Shown: piece by piece, positions 1-9,945 of the stretch | How the letters are laid out: each line of letters starts with the position of its first letter | Numbering within the stretch: position 1 is the first letter of the stretch | NCBI GenBank assembly: GCA_963823655.1 | Contig: CAWGMK010000013.1 | Span: forward strand, 128,001-192,000 | DNA from: an uncultured Bacillota bacterium | Lineage (GTDB): Bacteria; Bacillota; DTU025; MWDF01 | Direction: 5' to 3' | Length of the DNA stretch: 64,000 nt | Program-made: the position numbers and the translations under genes | Notes under the pieces: generated by a model | The model's database searches: none | Seen by the model: the letters and a program-made list of their open reading frames with translations, nothing else | What the model was told of the DNA's origin: nothing

Positions 1-117
1 AAGATGAGGCTTGAGTGCAAGCTTCCTCTCTACTGCGAGATGGACGGAGAGCTTCCGGGAACCTTGCCTGTAGAATACGAGGTAATGCCCTCTGCGCTGA
101 GGATATTGGTCCCGTAA
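1..117 (+). CDS. 3' end of a diacylglycerol/lipid kinase family protein (partial)
   Basis: Frame 1 reads KMRLECKLPLYCEMDGELPGTLPVEYEVMPSALRILVP*. The DGE motif and 'P.AL.ILVP' end are typical of DAGK/YegS C-termini. Confidence 0.7.
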   Translation, partial: KMRLECKLPLYCEMDGELPGTLPVEYEVMPSALRILVP

Positions 118-225
118 AGGGTTTCTAGGAATGTGAATATTTGGTCAAAGCAGGGTCTAGGATGATATAATTATTTTTGGTTGTTACAAGGATGGTAAGA
201 ACAACCAACCAACGGAGGTGCTCCA

Positions 226-1521
226 ATGTCAGTTTGGGTGGTACTTGGTGCCCAGTGGGGCGATGAAGGCAAGGGAAAAGTAGTGGACTATCTGGCAGGG
301 AAAGCCAAGCTCGTTATCAGATACCAGGGCGGCGACAATGCAGGTCATACAGTCATTAACGATTTCGGAAACTTCGGCATGCACCTGATTCCGTCGGGAA
401 TATTCAACCCCGGCGCATATAGCCTGATAGGAACGGGGACTGTGGTCAACCCCATCTCTCTTGTCAAGGAAATGGAGCAGGTAAAAGCGGCGAAAGTCCC
501 GCTTGACAGGCTTATGATATCCGACAGGGCGCATCTTGTGCTCCCTTACCATATCGCAATAGACAAAGCAGAGGAGAAATATAGGGCGGGGCTCTCCGGC
601 AAGGAGAAGATCGGCACCACCCTTAGGGGAATCGGGCCCGCTTATGCCGATAAATCGGCCAGGTGGGGCATTCAAGCCGGCGAGATGATGGACTGGCCTC
701 ACTTCACGAACCGGGTTAAGACTAACCTGGAGAGGGCCAACAGGATGCTCGTACATATTTATGGCGAGCCGGCGCTGGATTACGACGAGATGATGAAAAC
801 GCTGGAGCCCGCATGCAGGCAGATAATTCCCTTTATTGTCGACAGCTTCCCGCTAATGAGAAGGGCGCTTGACGAAGGCTGGGAAGTCATTCTTGAAGGC
901 CAGCTGGGAGCGATGAGGGACCTTGATTGGGGTACATATCCGTACGTAACCTCCTCGAACCCTATAGCAGGCGGCGCATGTTCAGGAGCAGGTATCCCCC
1001 CTTCGAAAATCAGCGAAGTGATAGGGGTAGTTAAGGCGTACTCGACCTCTGTGGGCGAGGGGCCCATGCCAACTGAGCTAAATGATGAGATAGGCAAGTC
1101 TTTCAGGGACATCGGAGGGGAATACGGCGTCACTACCGGAAGGCCCCGCCGCTGCGGCTGGATAGACCTGGTCGCACTGAAGTACGCCGCACTGCTGTCA
1201 GGGTTCAATGCGGTGGCGATAACCAAGCTTGACGTGCTGGATTCCTTCAAGGAGATAAAGCTGTGCGTCGCCTATGACATAACCCGCCCGGACGGAACGA
1301 AATTCAGGGCGGAGACCGTGCCGGCATCGTATCTCATGTCGAGGACTGAGCCGGTCTACATAACCATGCCCGGCTGGGCGTGCGACACTACCAAGGCGAG
1401 GACTATGGATGAGCTTCCCAAAGAGGCAAAGGATTACCTCAAGAAGATCGAGGACTTCATAGACGCCAGGATAATGCTCGTATCGGTCGGCGCAAGGCGC
1501 GAACAGACGATTTTCGTTTAA
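226..1521 (+). CDS. purA: adenylosuccinate synthetase
   Basis: GAQWGDEGKGK, GTTLRGIGPAY and TTGRPRRCGW motifs; GGAGG RBS. Confidence 0.98.
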   Translation: MSVWVVLGAQWGDEGKGKVVDYLAGKAKLVIRYQGGDNAGHTVINDFGNFGMHLIPSGIFNPGAYSLIGTGTVVNPISLVKEMEQVKAAKVPLDRLMISDRAHLVLPYHIAIDKAEEKYRAGLSGKEKIGTTLRGIGPAYADKSARWGIQAGEMMDWPHFTNRVKTNLERANRMLVHIYGEPALDYDEMMKTLEPACRQIIPFIVDSFPLMRRALDEGWEVILEGQLGAMRDLDWGTYPYVTSSNPIAGGACSGAGIPPSKISEVIGVVKAYSTSVGEGPMPTELNDEIGKSFRDIGGEYGVTTGRPRRCGWIDLVALKYAALLSGFNAVAITKLDVLDSFKEIKLCVAYDITRPDGTKFRAETVPASYLMSRTEPVYITMPGWACDTTKARTMDELPKEAKDYLKKIEDFIDARIMLVSVGARREQTIFV

Positions 1522-1544
1522 TATATCGAACGGAGGTAAAGCAG

Positions 1545-1778
1545 ATGAGCCCAGAAAAACCGGGGCAACTACCTGTCGAGATCAACCAGAAATGGTGCAA
1601 GGCGTGCGGGATTTGCTATGCCTTGTGCCCCAAGAAGGTGCTCGAGGGCGATGAGTGGGGGAAAGCCTTCGTGGCTAGGCCTGATGATTGCATCAAGTGC
1701 CAGACCTGCGAAATCATGTGCCCCGACCTTGCGGTTAAAGTGGTGGCCCTGAGGAGGGCCAAGAAGGAGGTGGAGTGA
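1545..1778 (+). CDS. 2x[4Fe-4S] ferredoxin, delta subunit of 2-oxoacid:ferredoxin oxidoreductase
   Basis: CKACGICYALCP and CIKCQTCEIMCP motifs; first gene of the oxidoreductase cluster. Confidence 0.9.
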   Translation: MSPEKPGQLPVEINQKWCKACGICYALCPKKVLEGDEWGKAFVARPDDCIKCQTCEIMCPDLAVKVVALRRAKKEVE

Positions 1779-1779
1779 T

Positions 1780-2925
1780 ATGGCCGATAGGCTAAGGCTC
1801 ATGCAGGGCAACGAGGCGTGCGCGCTTGCGGCCGCCATGGCGGGGGTAAGGTTCTTCGCCGGTTACCCGATCACACCTTCGACGGAAATTGCAGAGCAGC
1901 TCTCGGAGATGCTCCCGAAAATGGGGGGCAAGTTCATACAGATGGAGGACGAGATAGCCTCCATGGCCGCAATCGTGGGGGCGTCCCTGGCGGGAACGAA
2001 GTCCATGACCGCGACATCCGGCCCCGGCTTCTCACTTAAACAGGAGAATATTGGCTTCGCCTCATTTACGGAGGTACCTTGCGTAATCGTTAACGTGCAG
2101 AGGACCGGCCCTTCAACAGGCCTGCCCACAAACACTGCACAAGGGGACATGATGCAGGCAAAGTACGGCTCCCACGGAGACGTCCCCGCCATAGCACTGT
2201 ATCCATCGACGGTACCGGAGATCTTCGACATGACGATCAAAGCCATAAATATATCGGAGACACTAAGACAACCCGTAATTCTGCTCATGGACGAGATAAT
2301 CGGACACATGAGGGAGAAAATCCTTGTACCCACCCAGGAGGAAGTGGATGCGATGGTAGAGAACCGGCCGAAACCTCCAAAGGGCCTTGAGAAGTATCTT
2401 CCATACGACGCGAGCATGGGGGACGTTCCGCCTCTTGCGGCATACGGCGATGGTTATCGATTCCATGTAACAGGGCTTTATCATGATGCGTCAGGGTTCC
2501 CCACTTCGAAAGCTTCAGAGGTGGAGAGCAAGATAAAGCGCATACACAGGAAGGTAGAGACAGCCAAGAAGGATATTACATTCCTCAGGTATGACCAGAT
2601 GGAAGACGCAGAATATGCGATAATATCGTGCGGCTCGACTGCACGTTCGGCCAGAAGGGCCGTGACATTGGCAAGGGAGAAAGGCATCAAGGTAGGAAGC
2701 CTGCAGATAAAGACGATTTGGCCTTTCCCGGAAAAAGAGGTAGCCGAAGTTTGCGGGAGAGTTAAGAAGGTCATTGTGCCCGAAATGAACATGGGGCAGC
2801 TGGTGCTCGAAGTCGAGAGGGCGAACCAGGGCAAGTGCAAAGTCGTCCGCTACAACAGGGTGGACGGCGACCCGTTGACGCCTGATGAGATCCTCGACAC
2901 TCTCGCCAAGGAGGTGGCCTGGTAA
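1780..2925 (+). CDS. korA: 2-oxoacid:ferredoxin oxidoreductase alpha subunit (KorA-like)
   Basis: GYPITPSTE, QMEDE, TATSGPG and VPEMNMGQ motifs. Confidence 0.9.
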   Translation: MADRLRLMQGNEACALAAAMAGVRFFAGYPITPSTEIAEQLSEMLPKMGGKFIQMEDEIASMAAIVGASLAGTKSMTATSGPGFSLKQENIGFASFTEVPCVIVNVQRTGPSTGLPTNTAQGDMMQAKYGSHGDVPAIALYPSTVPEIFDMTIKAINISETLRQPVILLMDEIIGHMREKILVPTQEEVDAMVENRPKPPKGLEKYLPYDASMGDVPPLAAYGDGYRFHVTGLYHDASGFPTSKASEVESKIKRIHRKVETAKKDITFLRYDQMEDAEYAIISCGSTARSARRAVTLAREKGIKVGSLQIKTIWPFPEKEVAEVCGRVKKVIVPEMNMGQLVLEVERANQGKCKVVRYNRVDGDPLTPDEILDTLAKEVAW

Positions 2926-3749
2926 TGGCAATGGAAGTATGGGATCTTCTTAGGACTGATAAGATGCCTCATATCTGGTGCCCGGGCTGCGGCCACGGCG
3001 TACTTATGAATGCATTATTGAGGACCCTTGCCAAGCTTGAAGTCAATAAGGATGACATCTGCGTTGTCTCCGGAATAGGGTGCGCATCTCGCCTTCCGGG
3101 TTACCTCGACTTCAATACCTTACATACCACTCACGGAAGGGCGATTCCTTTTGCAACTGGCATCAAACTGGCAAATCCTCGTCTGAAGGTCATTGTGGTC
3201 TCAGGTGACGGCGATGCATCCGCAATTGGCGGAAATCACCTTATCCATGCCGCGAGGCGCAACATGGACATAACGATGATATGCATGAACAACAACATTT
3301 ACGGCATGACCAATGGGCAGTATTCCCCGATGACGCCCACGCACATGATCGCCACTACCGCGCCGTACGGAAACCTTGAGCGCAACTTCGACCTGTGCAA
3401 GCTCGTAGAATCTTGCGGCGCCAACTATGTTGCCAGGGCAACCGCAGCGCACCCGAGGAATATCGCCACTTATATCGAGTATGCCCTAACGCATAAGGGG
3501 TTCAACTTCGTCGAAGTGATGACGCAGTGCCCCACATATTATGGCAGGCGCAATAAGATGGGCGGGCCCGTCGAAATGCTGGACCTGTTCAAGAAGGGCA
3601 CGATCTTAAACACGGCGGCTGCCAAGCTGCCTGCCGATCAAGTCGCAGGCAAGATCCTGATCGGGGAGTTCGCCAAGAAGGAAGAGCCAACATACCTGGA
3701 CAGGTACGATGAGTTGGTGGCCAAGCTGGCAGGAGGTGTGAAGCCATGA
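2925..3749 (+). CDS. korB: 2-oxoacid:ferredoxin oxidoreductase beta subunit (TPP-binding)
   Basis: WCPGCG, SGIGC and GDGD...NN TPP-binding motif. Confidence 0.9.
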   Translation: MAMEVWDLLRTDKMPHIWCPGCGHGVLMNALLRTLAKLEVNKDDICVVSGIGCASRLPGYLDFNTLHTTHGRAIPFATGIKLANPRLKVIVVSGDGDASAIGGNHLIHAARRNMDITMICMNNNIYGMTNGQYSPMTPTHMIATTAPYGNLERNFDLCKLVESCGANYVARATAAHPRNIATYIEYALTHKGFNFVEVMTQCPTYYGRRNKMGGPVEMLDLFKKGTILNTAAAKLPADQVAGKILIGEFAKKEEPTYLDRYDELVAKLAGGVKP

Positions 3750-4288
3750 GGAAGGAGATAAGGCTTTCCGGCTCGGGCGGACAAGGCCTAATCACTGGAG
3801 GCATCATCCTGGCCGAAGCCGCTATGAGAGATGGTTTGGAGGCCGTGCAGACGCAAAGTTACGGTCCGGAGGCAAGAGGCGGGGCGGCGAAGGCCGAAGT
3901 CATCTTGAGCGACATGGAGGTTGATTACCCCAAAGTATCATCTCCGGATTACGTCTTGGCTATGACTCCAATCGCCTGCGATAAGTACGGATGCAATTTG
4001 AAGCCGGGGGCGAAATTGGTCGTCGATGAGGACCTGGTCCCCAATGCGCCTGATTCAAAGCATTGCTTCAAACTGCCGATTACTAGGATCTCCAAGGAGA
4101 TCACAGGTAAACCCCTGTCGGCGAATATTGTCGCATTGGGCGTGCTAAACGAGCTTTTCAAGTTCGTAAGCCCGGAAAAGCTTGAGGAGGCTGTAAGGCA
4201 GAGGGTGCCCAAGGCTTCGATAGAGGATAATATCAAAGCCCTAAACGAGGGCATAAGGGTAACAAGAGAGAAGCTGGGTGTCAAATAG
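3746..4288 (+). CDS. 2-oxoacid:ferredoxin oxidoreductase gamma subunit
   Basis: GSGGQG and QSYGPEARGG motifs. Confidence 0.9.
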   Translation: MRKEIRLSGSGGQGLITGGIILAEAAMRDGLEAVQTQSYGPEARGGAAKAEVILSDMEVDYPKVSSPDYVLAMTPIACDKYGCNLKPGAKLVVDEDLVPNAPDSKHCFKLPITRISKEITGKPLSANIVALGVLNELFKFVSPEKLEEAVRQRVPKASIEDNIKALNEGIRVTREKLGVK

Positions 4289-4296
4289 ATAGGATT

Positions 4297-4326
4297 TGGG
4301 GTCGGCGATAAGCCGGCCCTTTTCTA
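4297..4326 (+). terminator. intrinsic terminator
   Basis: GGGTCGGC-gataa-GCCGGCCC hairpin followed by TTTTCT. Confidence 0.65.
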
Positions 4327-4410
4327 ATACCTCGAAAGAACATCGTAGCCTTATAAAGTTGTGTATAATGGAATTGCATAGTTGCATATTGTATACCGCA
4401 GACGAGAGGG

Positions 4411-5607
4411 GTGGTACTGTTGGACCCGGCACTATTCTCCGCTAGGACAGCGAATGTATCGGCCAGCATAATTAGAGAAATCCTTAAACTCACCCAAGGC
4501 AGCGACATAATCTCATTCGGCGGCGGCTTTCCGTCCCCGCAGTCATTCCCAGTAGAAGACATGAGGCTATTCAATGAGGAGCTCCTCGCAAAACACGGCA
4601 AGGAGATACTTCAGTACGGCACTACGGAGGGTTACCTGCCTTTAAGGGAGGCCCTTGCCAAGGAAATCGGCTCATTCGGCATTGAAGCAACAAAGGACAG
4701 CGTCTTGCTTACGACAGGCGCCCAGCAGGTTATCGACCTTGTGGCGAAATCGTTGATAAACGAGGGCGATGTCGTCCTGGTTGAAAACCCGACATTCCTT
4801 GCAGCGCTTAATGTTTTCAAGATGTATGAAGCGAAGATCATCGGAGTAGATACTGACCGAGAGGGCATTATTCCCGAGGATCTCGACAAGAAGATAAAAG
4901 CCAATAAGCCCAAGCTAGTGTACATTATACCCAACTTTCAGAACCCCACCGGGGTGACAACCTCACTTCTAAGAAGAAAGCAGATAATGGAGATTACGGG
5001 CATAGCGGGAGTGCCGCTTCTAGAAGATGACCCTTATGCGCTTGTTAGGTTCGAAGGAGCCCATCTTCCGGCAATAACCTCTTTTGACAGATGGGGGACT
5101 GCAGTTTACGCAAGCAGCTTCTCAAAGACCGTATCACCTGGCATAAGGCTCGGTTACGCCATAGCCAAAGAGGATATCATGAAAAAAATGGTGGTAGGGA
5201 AACAGACTACGGATGTATGCAGCAACAACCTGGCACAAAGAGCAGTATACGAGTTCATAAAAAGCGGCAAGTTCCATGAGCATATCAAGGATATTGTGGC
5301 CGAGTACAGGCCCAAAAGGGACGCAATGATAAAGGCGATCGACGCACACTTCCCCAAGGGCATAAGGCGCAACACACCGGAAGGTGGTCTGTTCATCTGG
5401 GTCAAGCTGCCAACTGGGATGAATTCGGAGGAGTTGCTCAAAGAAGCCATAGTAAAAGCCAAGGTTGCGTATATCCCGGGAAGCCCCTTCTATATTGATT
5501 CCAGCATGGGCAAGGATGAGATGAGGCTGAACTTCACAAATGCCACGATCGAGCAGATAGAGTCGGGCATTGAGAGGCTTGGCGACGTCCTTTGCGGCAG
5601 GGCATAG
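4411..5607 (+). CDS. PLP-dependent aminotransferase class I/II (LysN/aromatic aminotransferase-like)
   Basis: IPNFQNPTG, EDDPY and SFSK...PGIRLG motifs. Confidence 0.9.
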   Translation: MVLLDPALFSARTANVSASIIREILKLTQGSDIISFGGGFPSPQSFPVEDMRLFNEELLAKHGKEILQYGTTEGYLPLREALAKEIGSFGIEATKDSVLLTTGAQQVIDLVAKSLINEGDVVLVENPTFLAALNVFKMYEAKIIGVDTDREGIIPEDLDKKIKANKPKLVYIIPNFQNPTGVTTSLLRRKQIMEITGIAGVPLLEDDPYALVRFEGAHLPAITSFDRWGTAVYASSFSKTVSPGIRLGYAIAKEDIMKKMVVGKQTTDVCSNNLAQRAVYEFIKSGKFHEHIKDIVAEYRPKRDAMIKAIDAHFPKGIRRNTPEGGLFIWVKLPTGMNSEELLKEAIVKAKVAYIPGSPFYIDSSMGKDEMRLNFTNATIEQIESGIERLGDVLCGRA

Positions 5608-5721
5608 GCCCTACTGAATAAGACGGCAGGATGCAGCGTCTCGAAGCGAGCAAATCGCCTCAAGGCGCTGTCTCTTTTTATAGGTATGTGCAAGCATAGG
5701 TGATACAGATTAAAATAATAT

Positions 5722-8421
5722 ATGATGCGAAAACATTATGAACCTAAAAGAGGGCTGATAAGCTTATTGATGGCGGCGATTGTGATCACCGCTATTTCGT
5801 TGCCTATCTGCACTTGTGCCGCAGCCGAGGCGCTAAAGTCATGGAATCTTGATGTTGTGGGCTTCGGAAAGACATCTTCCTATCAATTGGCGTCAGATGA
5901 GATGGGCCAGCCCTATATTCCAGTAGAGACCCTCGCTAAGGCCTTTGCTATTGGTTTGCAGCAGACTACTGAAGGCTATAAATTGTCCTGGTCCGGGAAG
6001 TCCGCATTAATTCGCGAAGGGGGGCTTTCCCTTGGACAGGTAAGCCTGCCAAGCCCGATATTGAACATTTCAGGCAAGCTTTCTTTTCCTCTGAAGGGGA
6101 TAACAGCGCTCGGAATTAAGCTTGCCATCGATGAGAATGCCGGGCTAGCCACAGCAACAATACCTCGCGCCAGCATCATATCCATGAGTAAATTGCAGGG
6201 AGACGGACCTACGGTATTCACCATTCAGCTCTCATTCGCGCCATCGAAAATCGAAAGCTTCGTGCTGGCCCTACCTGACCGGCTTGTCATCGATCTTTCC
6301 GAGACGACAGTAGAGCCGGCCCAAAGCAAGGATATCGTGTCCCCAGAGGCCACAAGGATTAGGGCTTCAATGAATAAACCGGGCGTTGCTCGTGTAGTGC
6401 TTGAACTGACGAAGGCAGGTACAGGATCTAAGGTGTACCAGGATCCCCTTGATCCGAGCCTTATAAAAGTCTCCTTCCCTGGAAAGATCGTGGGGGCCGG
6501 GTTTGTGTCTGCCGAGGGGGCTGCAGGTTTTGAGATCAAAGCAACTTCGAACCTTTCAGCAATGAACCTGATAGAAAGCGCGGATAAGGCGATTGTCAGC
6601 ATCCCTGACTTCCTGCCGGATAAGGCATTGAAGCTGTCGGGGGATGGATTTAAAGTATCTCAGGAGGCATATCCGCTTACCAAAGTGGAATTCGGGCTTT
6701 CCGGCATGATAGCGGGCAAGCCGTCGTTTAAAAGCGGCTTAGTATTCATACCGCTTCAGAACGCATTGACGGGCATAAGTGTGGCATCTGACGGCGCGCT
6801 GTCTATCAAGCTGGGCTTCGCCGGTACGCTTGCCTCATATTCGGCAGATCAATCCCAGGATGGCAGCTCAATAAGCCTGCTGCTTGGCGGCACTGCCGCA
6901 GTCCTTCCCGGTTCCATATCAGGGCTAGCTGAATCGGGCATTTCATTTAAGCTGGAGGAGGAAGAGAAGGGAGCTCGGCTGAGCTTATCCGGCCTCAAGG
7001 CTGAAGCAAGAGACATTGTGCTCTCAGATGACAGAAAAAGCATTGCCATTTACTTTGGTGGATCCGTAACAGGGCTTGAGGAGTACCTCGACAACGGGGT
7101 AAGCAGGTTGTCTTTTAAGTATGAGGGCCAGAGCGGTGAGCCCAGGCTCGATGAAGTTTCGGACGGCGAATATGCTCTGCAATTTCCGGGAGTGACAGGC
7201 ATAGACAAGGTATCCTCAGCCATGTCTGCACTAAATGGAAAGGGCAGCTTAGCCTGGAATCGCACTCAAGAAGGTCTGGAGTGCCTCATTTCCCTTAACG
7301 ACGGGTTTATTGCTGTACTGAGGCCTGCGAAAGCGGCAGGTTCGTGCGTAATTGACATTGGTTTAGAGGTTTTGGGTTATGAAATCGAAAGCTCGAACGG
7401 CAGCACAAAGGTAAGGATTTTCACAAGCGGGCCTTCTTCTGCGGAGGTATTCAGGCTTAGGGAGCCTGACAGGCTCGTCGTAGATTTCCCGGGTTTCGTC
7501 GAAGCAAATCAGAGATATGAGGAGTTTCCTTTACCGGGCATAGTGAAGAAGGCAAGGTCCGGCCAGAACACCATTGGAGTTGCCAGATTCGTTTTCGACC
7601 TCGACAGATATTTGGGCCACACTTGGTCTATGTCAGATTCTGCGGAAGGCATAGATATTGTACTTGCGGATAAACTGACAGGCCTTGAAGGCCGCCTGAT
7701 ACTTCTTGATCCCGGACATGGCGGCATGGACGGAGGCGCAGTCGGCAACTCGATAATTGAGAAAGATGTCAACTTGGACATAGCTATAAAGCTCAGGGCG
7801 ATGCTGGAGGAGAAGGGCGCGGTCGTAGTAATGACCAGATCGCTTGATACTAAAGTTGACCTGCTGGACCGCTCATCCATGGTAAATCTGCTGCTTCCGG
7901 ACGCCGTTGTGTGCATTCACTCGAACTCAGTGATTTCAGATGCGCCCAATGGCACTGAGACTTACTATTACAATGCGGAAGAATTAAGCCGAGAACTTGC
8001 AACATCCGTCCATAAGTCGTTAGTGGACAGAATCAAGCTTTCAAGCAGGGGAGTCTTCAAGAAGGAGTACCACATGGTAAAGGAGACCCTATCCCCAGCC
8101 GTGCTTGTTGAAGTGGGCTTCCTTTCTAACAAACAGGACGCCTTAAGACTTGCCGATCCAGCCTTCAGGCAATTGGCCGCAGAGGGGATATTCGACGGGC
8201 TTGCGTCCTATTTCAGCGCCTCTTACACAGATATCTGGGCCCAGATGAAAGACGGCATTCTACAGTCATTGAAAGCGCCATCCTATTCGCCTTCCGATGC
8301 ATACTGGCCCGGACTTATGCTGCAGGAGCCATGGATCATCGTAGAGCCTGCTCTAGATGAGTCGATAATTACGCAGTTCGAAACGATCGAGGAACCTGAG
8401 CTGGAGCTCATGCTCCCTTAA
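5722..8421 (+). CDS. secreted N-acetylmuramoyl-L-alanine amidase (Amidase_3) with AMIN-like domains
   Basis: Signal peptide; two clear 'F.L..PDRLV.D...R...ARVV/FV' AMIN motifs; catalytic DPGHGG, EKDVNL, IHSNS and LVEVGF. Confidence 0.9.
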   Translation: MMRKHYEPKRGLISLLMAAIVITAISLPICTCAAAEALKSWNLDVVGFGKTSSYQLASDEMGQPYIPVETLAKAFAIGLQQTTEGYKLSWSGKSALIREGGLSLGQVSLPSPILNISGKLSFPLKGITALGIKLAIDENAGLATATIPRASIISMSKLQGDGPTVFTIQLSFAPSKIESFVLALPDRLVIDLSETTVEPAQSKDIVSPEATRIRASMNKPGVARVVLELTKAGTGSKVYQDPLDPSLIKVSFPGKIVGAGFVSAEGAAGFEIKATSNLSAMNLIESADKAIVSIPDFLPDKALKLSGDGFKVSQEAYPLTKVEFGLSGMIAGKPSFKSGLVFIPLQNALTGISVASDGALSIKLGFAGTLASYSADQSQDGSSISLLLGGTAAVLPGSISGLAESGISFKLEEEEKGARLSLSGLKAEARDIVLSDDRKSIAIYFGGSVTGLEEYLDNGVSRLSFKYEGQSGEPRLDEVSDGEYALQFPGVTGIDKVSSAMSALNGKGSLAWNRTQEGLECLISLNDGFIAVLRPAKAAGSCVIDIGLEVLGYEIESSNGSTKVRIFTSGPSSAEVFRLREPDRLVVDFPGFVEANQRYEEFPLPGIVKKARSGQNTIGVARFVFDLDRYLGHTWSMSDSAEGIDIVLADKLTGLEGRLILLDPGHGGMDGGAVGNSIIEKDVNLDIAIKLRAMLEEKGAVVVMTRSLDTKVDLLDRSSMVNLLLPDAVVCIHSNSVISDAPNGTETYYYNAEELSRELATSVHKSLVDRIKLSSRGVFKKEYHMVKETLSPAVLVEVGFLSNKQDALRLADPAFRQLAAEGIFDGLASYFSASYTDIWAQMKDGILQSLKAPSYSPSDAYWPGLMLQEPWIIVEPALDESIITQFETIEEPELELMLP

Positions 8422-9185
8422 TGACGGAGGTAAAGATGGAAAACGCAAGAGACGACGGCAGGAGGCCGGATCAAATCAGGAACATGAAGATAACGAGGAG
8501 CTTTATCAGCACATGCCCCGGATCGGTTCTCGTCGAGATGGGCAGGACAAGGGTGCTCTGTACAGCGACGATTGAAGATAGGGTTCCGCCTCATGTGAAG
8601 GGAACCGGGAAGGGCTGGGTTACGGCTGAATACTCGATGTTGCCAAGATCGTCGTCCCAGCGGGTGATCAGGGAAAGGTCCACCCTTAAAACGGGCGGCA
8701 GGACGCATGAGATACAGAGGCTGATTGGCAGATCGCTCAGGTCTGTCACTGACATGCAAGCCTTGGGTGAGACCAGCGTTCTAATAGACTGCGATGTGCT
8801 GGAGGCGGACGGCGGAACGAGGACGGCGTCGATTAACGGTGCATTCGTTGCGCTTGTGGATGCGCTTGCAGCGGATGCAAGATGGGCTTCAGGGCCGCTG
8901 CCGATTTCAGACTGGCTAGGGGCTATCAGCTGCGGCATAGTCGGCGGGCGATTGCTTCTTGATCTGGCATATTCTGAAGATTCTATAGCGGACGTGGACA
9001 TGAACCTTGTTATGACGGGCTCAGGCGGCATTGTTGAGTTCCAGGCCACGGCAGAGGGGGAGACCTTCAGCCAAAAGCAAGCTGATGCATTGGTGAAGCT
9101 CTCGTCCAAGGGAATTAAGGCAGTTATCTCCGCGCAGAGGAAGGCGCTTGGTAAAGCACTTTCAGAGAGGATTGCCGCACGATGA
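8421..9185 (+). CDS. rph: ribonuclease PH
   Basis: GWVTAEYSMLP, GRTHEIQRLIGRSLR and ADGGTRTASI motifs. Confidence 0.97.
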   Translation: MTEVKMENARDDGRRPDQIRNMKITRSFISTCPGSVLVEMGRTRVLCTATIEDRVPPHVKGTGKGWVTAEYSMLPRSSSQRVIRERSTLKTGGRTHEIQRLIGRSLRSVTDMQALGETSVLIDCDVLEADGGTRTASINGAFVALVDALAADARWASGPLPISDWLGAISCGIVGGRLLLDLAYSEDSIADVDMNLVMTGSGGIVEFQATAEGETFSQKQADALVKLSSKGIKAVISAQRKALGKALSERIAAR

Positions 9186-9796
9186 GGCCAAAACTGCTGG
9201 TGGCGACCGGAAACCGCGGTAAATTGGTCGAAGTAAGGCGCATAATTGGCGACAAGTATGAGCTTCTGTGCAATGACGATTTTCCAGGGATAGTCATGCC
9301 CGAGGAGGATGGGCTGACTTTCGCGGATAATGCTGCAAAAAAGGCGCTTACTGCAGCCGGGCAGGCCGGTATTCCAACATTGGCTGATGATAGCGGCTTG
9401 GCCGTAGATGCGCTGGACGGCGCGCCTGGCGTCTTCTCCGCAAGATATGGCGGCGAAGAGTTAAAAGATGATATTAGCAGGTACATGCTTCTCCTTGAAA
9501 AGATGAAGGATGTTCCTGTTGGGAACAGGTCCGCGAGGTTTGTGAGCGCGGTTGCGCTTGCCCTTCCCGGGAAGCTTATAGCGGTCAAGGAAGGCACGTG
9601 CGAGGGCTCCATCATATTCGGGCCCAGGGGTGAAAATGGTTTCGGATATGATCCCGTATTTGTACCTGAAGGTTTTGATTTGACATATGCTGAGCTTCCG
9701 GGGGAAGTGAAGGATAGGATCAGCCACAGGTTCAAGGCGCTCATGGCTATGTTGCCCGAAATCAGCCGACTGTTAGATCAGCAAATTTCGTCTTAA
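9182..9796 (+). CDS. rdgB: dITP/XTP pyrophosphatase
   Basis: ATGNRGK, ADDSGL, GFGYDPVF and ISHR motifs; follows rph. Confidence 0.95.
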   Translation: MRPKLLVATGNRGKLVEVRRIIGDKYELLCNDDFPGIVMPEEDGLTFADNAAKKALTAAGQAGIPTLADDSGLAVDALDGAPGVFSARYGGEELKDDISRYMLLLEKMKDVPVGNRSARFVSAVALALPGKLIAVKEGTCEGSIIFGPRGENGFGYDPVFVPEGFDLTYAELPGEVKDRISHRFKALMAMLPEISRLLDQQISS

Positions 9797-9830
9797 CTCG
9801 CAGGTGCGGTTATGGTAACATAATAAATTG

Positions 9831-9907
9831 CGGGGCGTAGCTCAGTTTGGTGGAGCGCATGGTTTGGGACCATGAAGTCGCAGGTTCAAGTCCTGTCGCC
9901 CCGACCA
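9831..9907 (+). tRNA. tRNA-Pro(UGG)
   Basis: Acceptor stem CGGGGCG/CGCCCCG, anticodon arm CATGG-TT TGG GA-CCATG, GTTCAAG T-loop, encoded CCA. Confidence 0.97.
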
Positions 9908-9918
9908 CTACAAAAATC

Positions 9919-9945
9919 AGGGCCAATAAGGCCCTTTTTCTTTTA
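9919..9945 (+). terminator. intrinsic terminator after tRNA-Pro (possibly bidirectional)
   Basis: AGGGCC-aataa-GGCCCT followed by a T-tract. Confidence 0.65.
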
